Source of the DNA: Leucoraja erinacea | Lineage: Eukaryota | NCBI RefSeq assembly: GCF_028641065.1 | Contig: NC_073401.1 | Span: 22,196,001 to 22,260,000 of the forward strand | Length of the DNA: 64,000 nt | Direction of reading: 5' to 3' | In this document: positions 28,067 to 41,056 of the stretch, one piece after another | Layout: every line of letters starts with the position of its first letter | How positions within the stretch are numbered: the stretch's first letter is position 1 | Translations under genes and position numbers: made by a program | The notes under the pieces: model-generated | The model's input: the letters and a program-made list of their open reading frames with translations, nothing else | Told to the model about the DNA's origin: nothing | The model's database searches: none

Positions 28067-28403
28067 GGAAGATTGTTCGATGTTGGGGAAGTCCAGGACA
28101 AGGGGTCACAGTTTAAGGATAAAGGGTAAATCCTTTGGGACCGAGATGAGAAAAAACATTTTTCACACTGAGAGTGGTGAATCTCTGGAACACTCTGCCA
28201 CAGAAGGTTGATGAGGCCAGTTCATTTGCTATATTTAAGAGGGAGTTAGATGTGGCCCTTGTGGCTAAAGGGATCAGGGGGTATGGAGAGAAGGCAGGTC
28301 CTGGATACTGAGTTGGATGATCAGCCATGATCATATTGAATGGCGGTGCAGGCTCGAAGGGCCGAATGGCCTACTCCTGCACCTATTTTCTATGTTTCTA
28401 TGT
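27172..28403 (+). mobile_element. CR1 3' fragment split by a 774-bp insert, flanked by an AATATTTT duplication
   Basis: CR1 at 27172-27294 and 28066-28403; AATATTTT at 27164-27171 and 28404-28411. Confidence 0.88.
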
Positions 28404-29944
28404 AATATTTTATTCCGTTTTTTAAATCTGTCGAGGGGATTGTAAAGCGTCGAATAGGTTTAGACATTGTGTGTTTTCAGCATCATTAACCCATATTCTG
28501 GTACAACGAATCTTAAAACACACTGACAATATAAAAACCCATTTACACTTTCGTTTAAAACCCTTTTTATTTTGCTTATTGAAAGCTCATTTGCGATTAA
28601 ACCAACTCCTAAGCGCATAAATGCGTACATACACAACTTTAAAATTCCGCAACCTGCAAATCAAAAGAAGTAGATTTAGATTGAGATGAAATACATCGAC
28701 GTGTTATTATTTAGATACTATCGTGGTAGCGCTTGGTAAACATCTACAAATATTCTATACTTTTAGACCTTTGTGCCGAGGGTCCTTTTACAACATGAGA
28801 GCAGTAATTTGCCAGTAATATTTTGGCATTGTTTCTCCCCTTTTGAAAGCGCTCAATTGTAAATTAAAAATAAAACCACAACCATTTAATTTAATCTATT
28901 TTAATAAATAAATGAATATTTTCGACTGAAAATCCCCACCATTTGAGGCCTTTGAACTTCTATTGAATGGAATACCACAGTTGGCGGTTTCCCACACGGC
29001 AGCGTGTTAGAAAATATTGATTAAAGTTAGTCACCTAGGCAACGCCATTAACAGTAGAATGTTAAATTGTGCAAGCGAGTATTATCTGGACATCTAAAAT
29101 TGATTATTTGAGATACTGCATCATTTATTACCTCAGTGTAGACTGTCTAATACACGTTAAATGAAACGCAAGAATGATCAGTATTTGCTAGATGTAAAAA
29201 TGTCTGAAAAAGAAGGCAGAGATGGAGTGTACTGAAGGATTCATTCATCCATCCACCCCCTCCCTTTCCAGGCGTCAGTCAATTGTTGCTGAAAGTTTCT
29301 CACGTGTCGTATTGAAGGTACAAAGTGTGACGGGTCAATGATCCACTGCAAAAATACAATACGCAGCTTTACTTAGAAACAGCTGTCCCTTCTTGTCCTT
29401 CTGCCACTTACCAAGCTTGTTTGACTCACTTTCCTCGCAAGAATGTTAACTGCTAAACATCTGGAAGACGAGTCATTGCAACAACGCATCTGTTACTATA
29501 GCAAACCTACTTGGGTCTCAAAGAGAAATTCCCGCGCTGTAATCATTACTAAGAGTATCCATTGAAGTAGTCTTATCATAAAACAAGGAAGCGGGAAAAC
29601 ATATCTGAAAAATATAGATGCGCCAGACAAATAACAACATTAAAAAAGCAGACTATTTGGCCATTATTATACGCCACGTTCAATATATCTCCACGAGTGC
29701 ACCTCTATTTTACAACTCACACACTTATTGTCAATCAAAGGAAAGCAAACATTTTCACACGTGTTCGCTAACAACCTGCTAGCGGATTTTACGATTGATG
29801 TAAGATAGTTTATGGAGGCTAACTGTCAACGTGCCGTTTTGCAGCGTAATATTATTCCGTGCCGGGAAACATAAAATCAACTTTCTCAGAGTCTCACAAC
29901 ACGAGGCGTGACTAATTGCCCCTGCGTTTGCTCTGTTACACGGA

Positions 29945-30127
29945 CTGTCCAGATGGCCCGCGAAGATTCCCACGCAAAGCAATGTCAAAGCCTATCATTA
30001 GTTTGGCATTTACAAGGCAGCGGTTGGCCCATTGTCCTTCTGAAAGCGCTCGTTGGCCAGAGAGTGTGGGAAACCTCATGAAACAAGGACTCCCGCTCTT
30101 TTTCATGTAAATTCCACGGTATAAATA
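29945..30127 (+). promoter_or_regulatory. HES5 copy 1 promoter (E-box, Sox-like CATTGT, RBPJ paired-type site, TATA)
   Basis: CAGATG at 29950, CATTGT at 30030, TGTGGGAA 30065-30072 + 15 nt + GACTCCCG, TATAAATA at 30120. Confidence 0.85.
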
Positions 30128-30204
30128 GAGCAAGGAGCTCACTGCAGCTTTCCATATAGTAAGTAGCAAGCCTAAGCCTTGTTCGCCTCTTTCAGCTGTC
30201 AAGC

Positions 30205-31148
30205 ATGACTCCTGCCAATGCTTCTGGTGTTATTACTGGGGAATACTCGGAAGAAAAGTTCATGGCCAAACAGAAAAGCAAAGTAAGCGCAAGAGACAGG
30301 CGGCAGAAAAATGGGTCAATAGTCTGGGCGAACCTTAACAAACTTTGTGAATTGTCACCTCGAACAAAACTAAAATCTTAATTCGTTTTACTTTTAGATC
30401 ATGAAGATAACAATCGAGAAAAGGCGCCGAGATCGGATAAACAGCAGCATCAACCAGCTAAAGACTCTACTGGGAAGAGAGTTTCAAACGGAAGAACCGA
30501 ACATGAAACTGGAGAAAGCCGACATTCTGAAAATGACAGTGAATTACCTGAAGTATCACAACCAACAGCTCAGAGGTAAACCGATTGATAAGCGGTGATT
30601 AGATTATAGGCCATTCTGCTCAATCTAAAACAGACGCAAAAAGCTGGAGTAACTCAGTGGGACAGGCAGCATCTCTGGAGAGAATTGGGTGACATTCCGG
30701 GTCGAGACTCTTCCTCAGAATCGACACGAAACGTCATCCATTCCTTCTCTCCAGAAATGCTTGAACCTGTCCCGCTGAGTTACTCCAGCTTTTTGTGCCT
30801 ATCGTTGGTTTAAACAAGCATCTGCAATTCACTTCCTACACATTTTGTCTGCTCAATCTAACTCTTATCTTCGTTTCTTTTGCAGCAAGCTGTACGACTG
30901 GTAACCCGGAGCGAGACTATAACGAAGGATACTCCCGGTGTTTGCAGGAGGCTCTTCGATTTTTCTCGACCCACGAAGGCAAAAGCGACATTCAGAAGAA
31001 GCTGGTGACACGCTTCCAAAGGATACAGCCACGGTGCCCGGCCAAAGGTCTACTTTACGGTGTATATCTTCCTTACACTGCTTCTTGTCAGACTGGCACT
31101 GAGCAAACACCCCAGTCCAACCCCGCGGCTCTCTGGAGACCCTGGTAA
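30205..31148 (+). CDS. HES5: HES5-like bHLH-Orange repressor (copy 1), 172 aa, 3 exons
   Basis: Exons 30205-30282, 30398-30575 and 30886-31148 (GT-AG; phases 0, 1). bHLH KITIEKRRRDRINSSINQLKTLL...EKADILKMTVNYLK, Orange DYNEGYSRCLQEALRF, C-terminal WRPW-stop. TATAAATA at 30120; ATTAAA at 31578. Confidence 0.93.
30627..30843. mobile_element. Short foldback element made of two inverted Penelope termini, in HES5 intron 2
   Basis: aaaaagctggagtaactcag...ctgagttactccagcttttt inverted arms. Similar or partial copies near 2075-2195, 4760-4990, 6260-6390, 15910-16250, 20035-20345, 20430-20630, 34830-34945, 45260-45355, 49460-49650, 50007-50130, 52770-52960, 62240-62310 and 63543-63660. Confidence 0.8.
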
Positions 31149-32559
31149 ATCTTGAACCAGGAGCCGCACACGTTTAAGACTCTTGTTTACTGGGCGATGG
31201 TGAACGCGTTGTAGGAGAATCGTTCTCCAGAGTCAGGTATAACTATTTCGTGATAAGACTTGATATGTTGTAAGCTTTTCTTCATATTGAAGACGGTGTA
31301 TTTCCTTGAACTAGGGAACTTGTCCTTTTGTAATCTCTGTCCTGTCGTTATGTTATTCGTGGGATTTCCAGATATTTTATTGCAATCGTTTTCGACAAAT
31401 TGATTATAATATGTAGCTGGCGTAGGAGGGATGTTTCTCCGCTTTATATCCGCAGATCCCAGACCGGGATAATCTTATTTATTCTTCATGGTGAAGAGAT
31501 GCTGCAAAGTTTGGGGTTAATTGTCTGTGGAGTAACGGGCGGCTCTGAACAGATGTTTGTTGTTTGATTGCTTATGAATTAAAATATCTGGATAGATTAT
31601 TCCTGAATTTCTTTTCTCTGTCACGCATTGCAAACCTTTCCATTCGTTCCTCTAGTCCACGGTGATGTTCTACCCCGAACATCTACTTTCTTTGCCTGAT
31701 CACCAGTACAAAGTCGTATCTCTTTTGGAGAAAACCGGGATCATTACACTGCTGATCTGACAATTTTGGCTTGATAATCTTCTGCAAATTTTCCATCTCC
31801 ACTGTCATTTCCCCAACGTAAGCTGCTATTAAACAGCACCTATTTGCTCTCCTCTCGCTATCACTGGTGTTTCATAATTGTCTATTTCTGAACCCTGTTA
31901 TTCGTTATTATCTTCAGTGACTTCTCCATTGATGAGGTTGGTTCCCACGTGGAGGCAATGCCGCCTGCTGTGGTTCTGCACTGCGAACATTCATACTGTT
32001 TGTATATTATCAGACCATATATCACTGCTGGGCTCTGAGTGAATACTAACTTTTAACAGAGTAACGATGACAACGCTGTAATCATCTACTGCAGATGTTA
32101 CCAGCACTGGGGTGTCTCTGGTACTTCACTGGGGACAGTCCAGGCCAGTCAACCATGTCAGCACCCTCGGCACACAGCTCGGTGTTCATCTCAGCTTTTA
32201 TTACTACCTTGTTCAATAAAACATCGTTTCCTTAAATCCTTGTATTCCGCTTTTCCTCTTCATTCTTCCCTTCGAACAATCATGTGTTGTTTGTTTGGGT
32301 GACTCGGTAAATGATTATGTAAATGTTTATTTTCCTTTATGTAAAGAGAGATAAATCTTATTTTTGTAATTTGTTCTACACATATTGTTGGCACTCCATT
32401 GAATTGTATATTGTCAAAATAAAAACCCGATTGAATGTACAGGAAGCCTGACTGCAGGTTATTTTTTGTGCGATGTGACTGCAAAGATCGTGCATAGCAA
32501 CAGGGTGTGTTTTTAAAACGGAATTAGTTTAATCTGAAAAAACGGAAAATAAATGAGGT

Positions 32560-34634
32560 GATACAAAAATGCTGGAGAAACTCAGCGGGTGCGGCAGCAT
32601 CTATGGAGCGAAGGAAATAGGCGACGTTTCGGGCCGAAACCCTTCTTCAGACTGATGGGGGGGGGGGGGGGGGGGGGGGGGGGAAGGAAGGAAAAAGGGA
32701 GGAGGAAGAGCCCGAGGGCGGGGGGATGGGAGGAGACAGCTCGAGGGTTAAAGAAGGGGAGGAGACAGCAAGGGCTAGCAAAACTGGGAGAATTCAACGT
32801 TCATGCCATCAGGACGCAAGCAACCCAGGCGGAATATGAGGTGCTGTTCCTCCAATTTCCGGCGTTGCTCACTCTGGCAATGGAGGAGACCCAGGACAGA
32901 GAGGTCGGATTGGGAATGGGAGGGGGAGTTGAAGTGCTGAGCCACCGGGAGTTCAGGTAGGTTATTGCAGACTGAGCGGAGGTGTTCGGCGAAACGATCG
33001 CCCAACCTCCGCTTAGTCTCCCCGATGTAAATCAGCTGACATCTAAAGCAGCGGATGCAGTAGATGAGGTTGGAGGAGATACAGGTGAACCTTTGTCGCA
33101 CCTGGAACGACAGCTTGAGTCCTTGAATGGAGTCGAGGGGGGAGGTGAAGGGACAGGTGTTGCATTTCTTGCGGTTGCAACTGAAAGTGCCCGGGGAGGG
33201 GGTGGTACGGGAGGGAAGGGAAGAATTGACAAGGGAGTTGTGGAGGGAGTGGTCTTTGCGGAAGGCAGACATAGGGGGAGATGGGAAGATGTGGCGAGTG
33301 GTGGGGTCACGTTGGAGGTGGCGGAAATGGTGGAGGATTATTTGTTGCATTTGCCGGCTGGTGGGGTGAAATGTGAGGACTAGGGGGACTCTGCCCTTGT
33401 TGTGGGTGCGGGGATGGGGAGAGAGAGCAGTGTTGCAGGGTATGGATGAGACCCTGGTGCGAGCATCATCTATGATGGCGGAGGGGAATCCCCGTTCCCT
33501 GAACAACGAGGACATTTCCGATGCCCTGGTGTGGAACGTCTCATCCTGGGAGCAGATGCGGGATAGGCGGAGGAATTGGGAGTAGGGGATGGAGTCTTTG
33601 CAGGGGGCAGGGTGGGAAGACGTGTAGTCCAGATAGCCATGTGAGTCAGTTGGTTTGTAGTGTATGTCGGTCAGAAGTCTGTCCCCTGCGATGGAGATGG
33701 TGAGGTCAAGGAATGGTAGGGAAGTGTCGGAAATGGTCCAGGTGTATTGGAGTGCCGGATGGAAGTCGGTGGTGAAGGGGATGAAGTCAGTCAGTTGTGT
33801 GTGGGTGCAGGAGGTGGCCCCAAAGCAGTCGTCAAATTAACGGAGGTAGAGGTACGTATTGAACAAGGATTGTTCAACGTACCCGACAAAGAGGCAGGCG
33901 TAACTGGGGCCCATGCGTGTGCCCATAGCTGCGCCTTGTGTTTGGAGGAAATGGGAGGAGTCAAATGTAAAGTTGTCGAGGGTGAGGTGGCACTTTCCGT
34001 TGCAACCGAAAGAAATGCAACACCTGCTCCTTCACCTCCCCTCTCAACTCCATTCAAGGACCCAAGCAGTCGTTCCAGGTATGACAAAGATTCACCTGTA
34101 TCTTCTCCAACCTCATCTACTGCATCCGCTGCTCTAGATTTCAGCTGATTTACATCGGGGAGACTAAGCGGAGGTTGGGCGATCGTTTCGCCGAACACCT
34201 CCGCTCAGTCCGCAATAACCTACCTGAACTCTCGGTGGCTCAGCACTTCAACTCCCCCTCCCATTCCCAATCCGACCTCTCTGTCCTGGGTCTCCTCCAT
34301 TGCCAGAGTGAGCAACACAGGAGATTGGAGAAACATAACCTCATATTCCGCCTGGGTTGCTTGCGTCCTGATGGCATGAACGTTGAATTCTCCCAGTTTT
34401 GCTAGCCCTTGCTGTCTCCTCCCCTTCCTTAACCCTCGAGCTGTCCCTTCCATCCCCCCGCCCTCGGGCTTCTCCTCCTCCCTTTTTCCTTCCTTCTCCC
34501 CCCCCATCAGTCTGAAGAAGGGTTTCGGCCCGAAACGTCGCTTTCGCTCCATAGATGCTGCTGCAGCCACTGAGTTTCTCCAGCATTTTTGTGTACCTTC
34601 GATCTTCCAGCATCTGCAGTTCCTTCTTGAACAC
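32560..34634. mobile_element. Penelope-like retroelement (Neptune-type), truncated, with inverted 3' duplication
   Basis: Minus strand: RT motifs AMGTRMGPSYACLFVGY and YLR*FDD, Cys-rich linker CNRKKCNTC, GIY-YIG (LIYCIRC..C..IYIGETKRRLGDRFAEH). 33989-34634 is an inverted copy of about 32560-33192. Confidence 0.92.
34508..34545 (+). ncRNA. Minimal type-I hammerhead-ribozyme-like motif in the Penelope terminus
   Basis: CTGAAGA-A-GGGT(TTCG)GCCC-GAAA-CGTC; mirrored on the minus strand at 32623-32650. Confidence 0.6.
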
Positions 34635-35944
34635 AAATTAATGGGGTGATATTAGGCAGCGTTAACATCCCAAAAGACGTGCAAACTGTGTAAAACTGAA
34701 AAGATCTGCTCAGGATCCAAGTGTAAGGAGTACATATTGATAAATAATTTAAAACTCTATTGCTGAATTTCATCGTATCAATTACTTGGCAGACCGCGTA
34801 GCGAGCTTGGAAAGGATTATAGATATAAATGCTGGAGAAACTCAGCGGGTGAGGCAGCATCTATGGAGCGAAGGAAATAGGCAACGTTTCGGGTCAAGAC
34901 CCTTCTTCAGACTGCTGTGAGGGTGGGGGGGGGGGCGGGAAGGAGAAAGCAAGATCAAAAATAAAGGATTATAATCAATAAACATGTGTAATGGTCAACA
35001 TGTAATAGTGATGATCCATCTCACAGTCAATTAGGTTAATTGAAATTCTATGATACTTGAAAGAGCTCCACCATGCCCCGGCGCACCGTAACACTGGAAT
35101 AGGAGGAACCTGGTTACGAATAATAAGGCTTTCTATACATCTGTTGTTATTCAGAAGCAGACTGTTGCACAACAATGGCACTCTGAATAAATGAAGCCAA
35201 TAAGATTTAAAAAAAGAGTAATTACAGAAAGCAATTAGAATTCCAAAGAATACACTTCTCTGATTCCACATGGAATGCTAAACACAGTGTGATGCTTGAC
35301 CTAATTTACACAATAATGTGAGTCTCCGTTGGATTTCTAGATGTTTGTTAAATGCATTTGGCTTGGCTTAAATATAGAGTGTGTTCCAATAGTCAATGCA
35401 GTTCAAATTTATGAACCAAGAGATGAAATTCAGGTAATCTTTAAACGCAGATATACAACTTCATAGATAATGGTGGGGCAGGTCGTAAACGGCTCCGGGT
35501 CAGGTAAATTTGACATCGCAGGTGCATTATATGCCAGCAATTGACAATAAAATTACTCTGGAATTCACAATAGATAAAGCAAGTGTGCACTTGCAGGCTT
35601 ACTTCTAATTGCTCAATGCTGAGAGAGGCCCTACAACATTAGACATATGTTGATCACTAAATGTATCAGGCCAGACCAGTTTGAAGCTGCCTTGGTGCAA
35701 ACATTCAGTTTTGAATTCCTATTATGTTCATCATTCTCTTAGGTAGTTACCCAGGATCGACTCAGCGGGTGAGGCAGTATCTATTTTTTGTTCACCTTCG
35801 ATTTTATCCTGCATCTGCAGTTCTTTCTCATACCCAGGATGGACTTGTATCCACGCTGGATTTTGTGACTATTGAGGTGATTCTGTGACCAATGAGGGAA
35901 TTGCAGATTTTTTTTCTCAATGGGGCATGAGGTGACCAATGCAA

Positions 35945-36630
35945 AAACATAATAAAATTAGAGCAGGAGCAAGCCATAGAGCCCTCTAGCTTGCGCTGGA
36001 TTTCAACATGATCATATGTCATAGGCCAGTCCTAGACCGCACCTCTTCTGTGTTAGTTCAACATAGCCCTCAATTCCTGAACTTTCTAAATTTTATCTAC
36101 CTTATCTTTAAATATCTTGAATGAATCTACCTCTGCGGTAGAGCTTTCAAGAAATTATCCATCCTCTTGAAGTTCTTGACCACCTCATTTTAAAATGACA
36201 GGTTGCTTTTCAATTATTTGTTTTTTTGTCTGAGGCTCTCACACTGGTGGAAGCATCTCAACAACTGTCCTGTCTTATCTCGCCCCCTTAAGATCCCAAA
36301 TCTTTCCATAAGATCATTCCTCATTCTTCCAAACTCCAATAAATCCAAATGCACCTTTATTTGCTAAATAGGATAGGACACTATTTCATCCAAGGATAAA
36401 GGATGAATTCACAGTGATGAATTAATCCGAGGAATTATTCCAGTGAATTTATTTTGAATTTCCTTTAATGCTGTTATGTCCTTTTATGATGTAAGGGGAC
36501 AAAACTGCACATAGTGTGCCAGGTATTGCCTTACCAATACGCTGATAAAATGTCCCTATCATTATTCCACCCCCCTTTTTGATAAAAGCCATTGTGCCAG
36601 TTGTCATCCTCAGTATTTGTTGCAACTGCC
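35945..36630 (-). mobile_element. Old degenerate CR1 fragment
   Basis: Diverged reverse-complement CR1 tail and ORF2 end. Confidence 0.6.
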
Positions 36631-37102
36631 TGCTAATCTTTTAGGATTCATGTTCATGAACCTCCAACACCAATCACTATGTACTTTACTAGTTTTCAAT
36701 TAACTTTCATTAGGTAATAGCTTGCCTTTTGATCACTATCCCTGATACGTATAAATCTCACAATTTCCTACACGAATCTCCAGTTGACAATTATTTTCCC
36801 ATTCGCCCAATCTGTCTATATTGCACGGACTCAATATCCTCAGTGAAACATGTCCTCCCACCCATCTTCGTCCCTTGGCAAACTTATACATTGCTCCCTC
36901 CTCCAGGTCACTTATATGAATAGTAAATAATTGAATTCCAAGAACTCTTCTTAAAGTACGCCACTTGTTACATCCTTCCGGACTGAAGGAAAATAGTTTA
37001 CCTCAGTTTTAGTTTAGTTTATTATTGGTAAATGTACTGAGGTACAGTGAAATATTTTTTTTTGCGTGCTATCCAGTCAAAGAAAGTGTGACCAAACATA
37101 CA

Positions 37103-38055
37103 CTGGGCGATCGTTTTGCTGAACACCTTCGCTCATTCCACCTGGACCTACCTGATCTCCCAGTTGCTAAACACTATAATTTTCCTCCCCCATTCCCACA
37201 CTGGTCATTCTGCCCAAGGCTTCCTCCATTGCCAAAGTGAGGCTAAATGCAAATTGAAGGAACAGCATCTCATATTTCGCATGGGCAGCTTAAACCCAGT
37301 GGTATGAATATTGATTTCTCTAACTTCAAGTAACCCCTGCATTCCTCCTCCATCCAAGTTGCATTAGCTTCTCGTTCTCACGCAACAACCATAGAAATAT
37401 AGAAAACAGGCTATTTGGCCCTTCGAGCCTGCACCGTCATTCAATATGATCATGGCTGATCATCCAACTCAGTATCCTGTACCTGCCTTCTCTCCATACC
37501 CCTTGATCCCTTTTGCCACAAGGGCCACATCTAACTCCCTCTTAAATATAGCCAATGAACTGGCCTCAACTACCTTCTGTGGCAGAGAGTTCCAGAGATT
37601 CACCACTCTCTGTGTGAAAAATGTTTTTCTCATCTCGGTCCTAAAGGATTTGCCCTTTATCCTTAAACTGTGACCCCTTGTCCTGGACTTCCCCAACATC
37701 GGGAACAATCTTCCTGCATCTAGCCTGTCCAACCCCTTAAGAATGTTGTAAGTTTCTATAAGATCCCCCTCAATCTTCTAAACTCTAGCGAGTACAAGCC
37801 GAACTGCTAACAATGGCCTGTTTTCTTTATCATCGTTACTTTTTTGCATGTCCTTCATTCAATGTTCTATAACTCTCTACACCATTGTGTATATCTCTAA
37901 TTTCCCCTTCCCATGACTTTCAGTCTGATAAAGGGTCTCAACCCCAAATATCACCCATTCCTTCTCTTCAGAGATGCTGCCTGTCCCTCTGAGTTACTCC
38001 AGCTTTTTGTGTCTTTCTTTGGTATGAACCAGCATCTGCAGTTCCTTCCGACACA
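37103..38055 (+). mobile_element. Penelope 3' fragment interrupted by a CR1 (37390-37803, -)
   Basis: LGDRFAEHLRS...LHCQSE..KLKEQHLIFR followed by the terminal repeat; nested CR1 in the opposite orientation. Confidence 0.85.
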
Positions 38056-38744
38056 AAGAAAAACTACATAAATACAATTAAGCCATCCGCAATGCACAGG
38101 TAAAGGATAAAGGGTACATTGTGTGCAAGGTATAACATTGTGGTCTGATAAGTACCCATTTATTCCGACTTTCTGCCATCAACATGAGAATCAGTTTTCA
38201 ATCCATGCTGACACACTCTCCCAAAAACTATAAGCTCTTATTTTGTGTGCTAGTTTTTTTAATCTGGCTTGCTTCTAATGCTCTCCAGCAATCCAAATAC
38301 ACAACATCTGCAGGCCCCTCTCTGTCAACCATGCCTGTTACATCCTTGAAGAACTCCAGCAAATTTGTCAATCATAATCCCCCTTTCAGAAATCATGCTC
38401 CCGTGGTTGATTACATTAAGCCTTTCCAAATGACAAGGCCTTTCTATAGACTGGTGCCTGCCAACTGCCAGTCGTTAAGCCAATCGGCCTATAGTAGCCA
38501 CCTTTTGTCTCACTGCTTTCTTATGCTTTTCAATATAACAGCACTTTAGGAACTGAGTTTTGAAAATGTTCCATGATCTCTACAGTCACTTCCTTTAAAA
38601 CCCCTTGATTTATTGGAAACGTGGCCTCCTCTATTCCCATTAATATTTCCATTCAGTTGTCTCCGTGGTTGAGGATTCTTACAGGTCCTTCCATGCTGTT
38701 TGGATCCAGCCTATCTGTTATCTTTGGACTATAGGAGTCAGTAG

Positions 38745-39570
38745 AGTCATTGGGTTATGCAGCATGGAAACGAGCCCTTCAGTTCAACTTGCCCATACCA
38801 ACCAGGGTTATATACCTGAGCTAATCCCACTTGTCTGTGTTCGGCCCATATTCCTTTAAACATTTACTATTCATCTATGTGTCTGAATGTATTTAAAACA
38901 TTACCATAGTAAAGATCTTAACAGCTTTCTCTGGCAGTTCGTTTCCTGTAATCACCATGCTTTTTGTGGAAATATTGGTCTCAGGTTCATTTTAAATCAT
39001 TCCCTTGTCATCTTAAATCTATGCCCTCTACTTTTAGACTTCTCAACCCTGGGAAGTAAACTGCAACCATTCACCTTATCTATTCCACTCATGATTTTAT
39101 TTACTTCTATAAGGTTGCCCTTTAAACTACACTCAATGGAACGAAGTCCCAGCCTATCCAGTCTACAACTCAAGCCATCCAGACTTGGTATACTTTGTGA
39201 ATCTTTTCGGCACTCTTTCCAGTTAAGTGACGGATGACAGAAGGTTTTTGGCTCACTTGTCTTTTTCCATCAGTGCACTGAGTGCAGGAGTTGGGACATT
39301 GTGTTACCATTGTGCAAGCTGTTGGTGAGACCTCACTTGGAGTCATAGAGTCATACTGTGTGGTAATAGGCCCTTCGACCCAACTTACCAAAACTGACCC
39401 ACATGTCCTAACTACACAAGTTCCACCTGCCTGCTTATGGTCTATATCCCTCTAAATATACCTGTCTTGATGTTTCTTAAACATTGCAATAGTACCTGCC
39501 TGAACTACTACATCTGGCAGCTTGTTCCAGACACTTACCACCCTTTAAAAACAAAGTTACTCCTCAGGTT
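38745..39570 (-). mobile_element. Old CR1/HER1-like fragments
   Basis: Two diverged reverse-complement 3' ends (ggcccttc...caactt). Confidence 0.6.
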
Positions 39571-40902
39571 CCCAGTTGAGTGAATCAGTATGGCAATGAC
39601 TCCAAGGCAAGTACATACTTCCAGTATCTCACCAAGCCTCTTTCGAACTCCTGCAAGGTTCTCTACCTTTTGCACTCCAAACTCCGTCAATGGCCAACAT
39701 ATATTATACCTTAATTGTATATTGTATAATTAATTTCTCTATCTCCTGGCCAGCAAGCAATGATTCATTGAAGCATCAATGTTTACCAGTTTCAGAATGT
39801 TTTAATACGTTTTTTTATTCTTTCTATCAAACCGAATAATCTCACATTTCCACAGTTATATTTCATCTTGCCCACTCACATTATGCATTCCCACAGCATC
39901 CTCCAGACAACTTCCCCACCTAGCTTTGTATTACCAACACAATGTGTGGATTATATTTTCTCTTTATCAATCAGGTCATTGATATAGATGGTGAAGGCTC
40001 AATGCTGATCTATTGTTGGCCATAATGATTTACTCCACTTCTGTGTCCTGCACTAATCTAATCTTCCATGCAGACTTACATAGTACCCCCAAACATAAAT
40101 TACGTGTTTAATACCTTTTGGGCATCCAAATAACCCTCCCCACCTTATCTAACTTATTGAACCTATTAAAAAAATCTATTGTATATGCCAATAATTATGT
40201 CCCTTCTGCTGCAACCAGGTTGACTCCGTCTATTCACGTAGTTTCCGATGTTTATACTCCGACCCCCCCCCCCCACCACTCCCTGAATAATGGAGGTACA
40301 TTTGCTTGTTTACGATTATCTGAGATTTTTTTTGGTGTGAAATCAAGGATTTACACTTTCAGAAAAAGGATACTGAAAGTCGATTGACATAATGCCAGCG
40401 TTGTTTGACAGCACCTTCATTTGGTTCAGTGCCTAACGCACCGTGGGTTCTCTTCCAATTGGGTGATGTGAAAGAGGCACGTGTTTTTAACTGAATAAGT
40501 GGCCTGAAGCGCATCTTGGGATCTTTATCACACCGAAGCCACTGACAGCCTGGTCTGATTTCAGATTGTAGCCAGACAGAGAGAGAGAGATAAAGGATCG
40601 CAGTCTGTGATGGGGCCCACAGAGGATGGCTTTAGGTTTCCAATTGGTGGAACTATCGTTTCATTCAGTTTCAGGAGTCAGGCAGGAGAATCTCAGGTGA
40701 TGATAGCCGATTGTTTAAGCGATGACATTTAAAACGGTGGCAACTGTGTTTGGTGCTATCATTTTTGAATATTTCGAATATAACCAGCACCTGGTTAGTG
40801 GATTTGATCGAAGTATTTCATTGCCAGTGAGTGATTTACCTAAAACGATAGTTCACGGCTTTTGAGACCGTTTCTCCTTGAAGAAGCAGGTACTTTGAAT
40901 GT

Positions 40903-41056
40903 NNNNNNNNNNNNNNNNNNNNNNNNNNNNNNNNNNNNNNNNNNNNNNNNNNNNNNNNNNNNNNNNNNNNNNNNNNNNNNNNNNNNNNNNNNNNNNNNNN
41001 NNNNNNNNNNNNNNNNNNNNNNNNNNNNNNNNNNNNNNNNNNNNNNNNNNNNNNNN
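40903..41056. other. Assembly gap
   Basis: N run. Confidence 1.
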
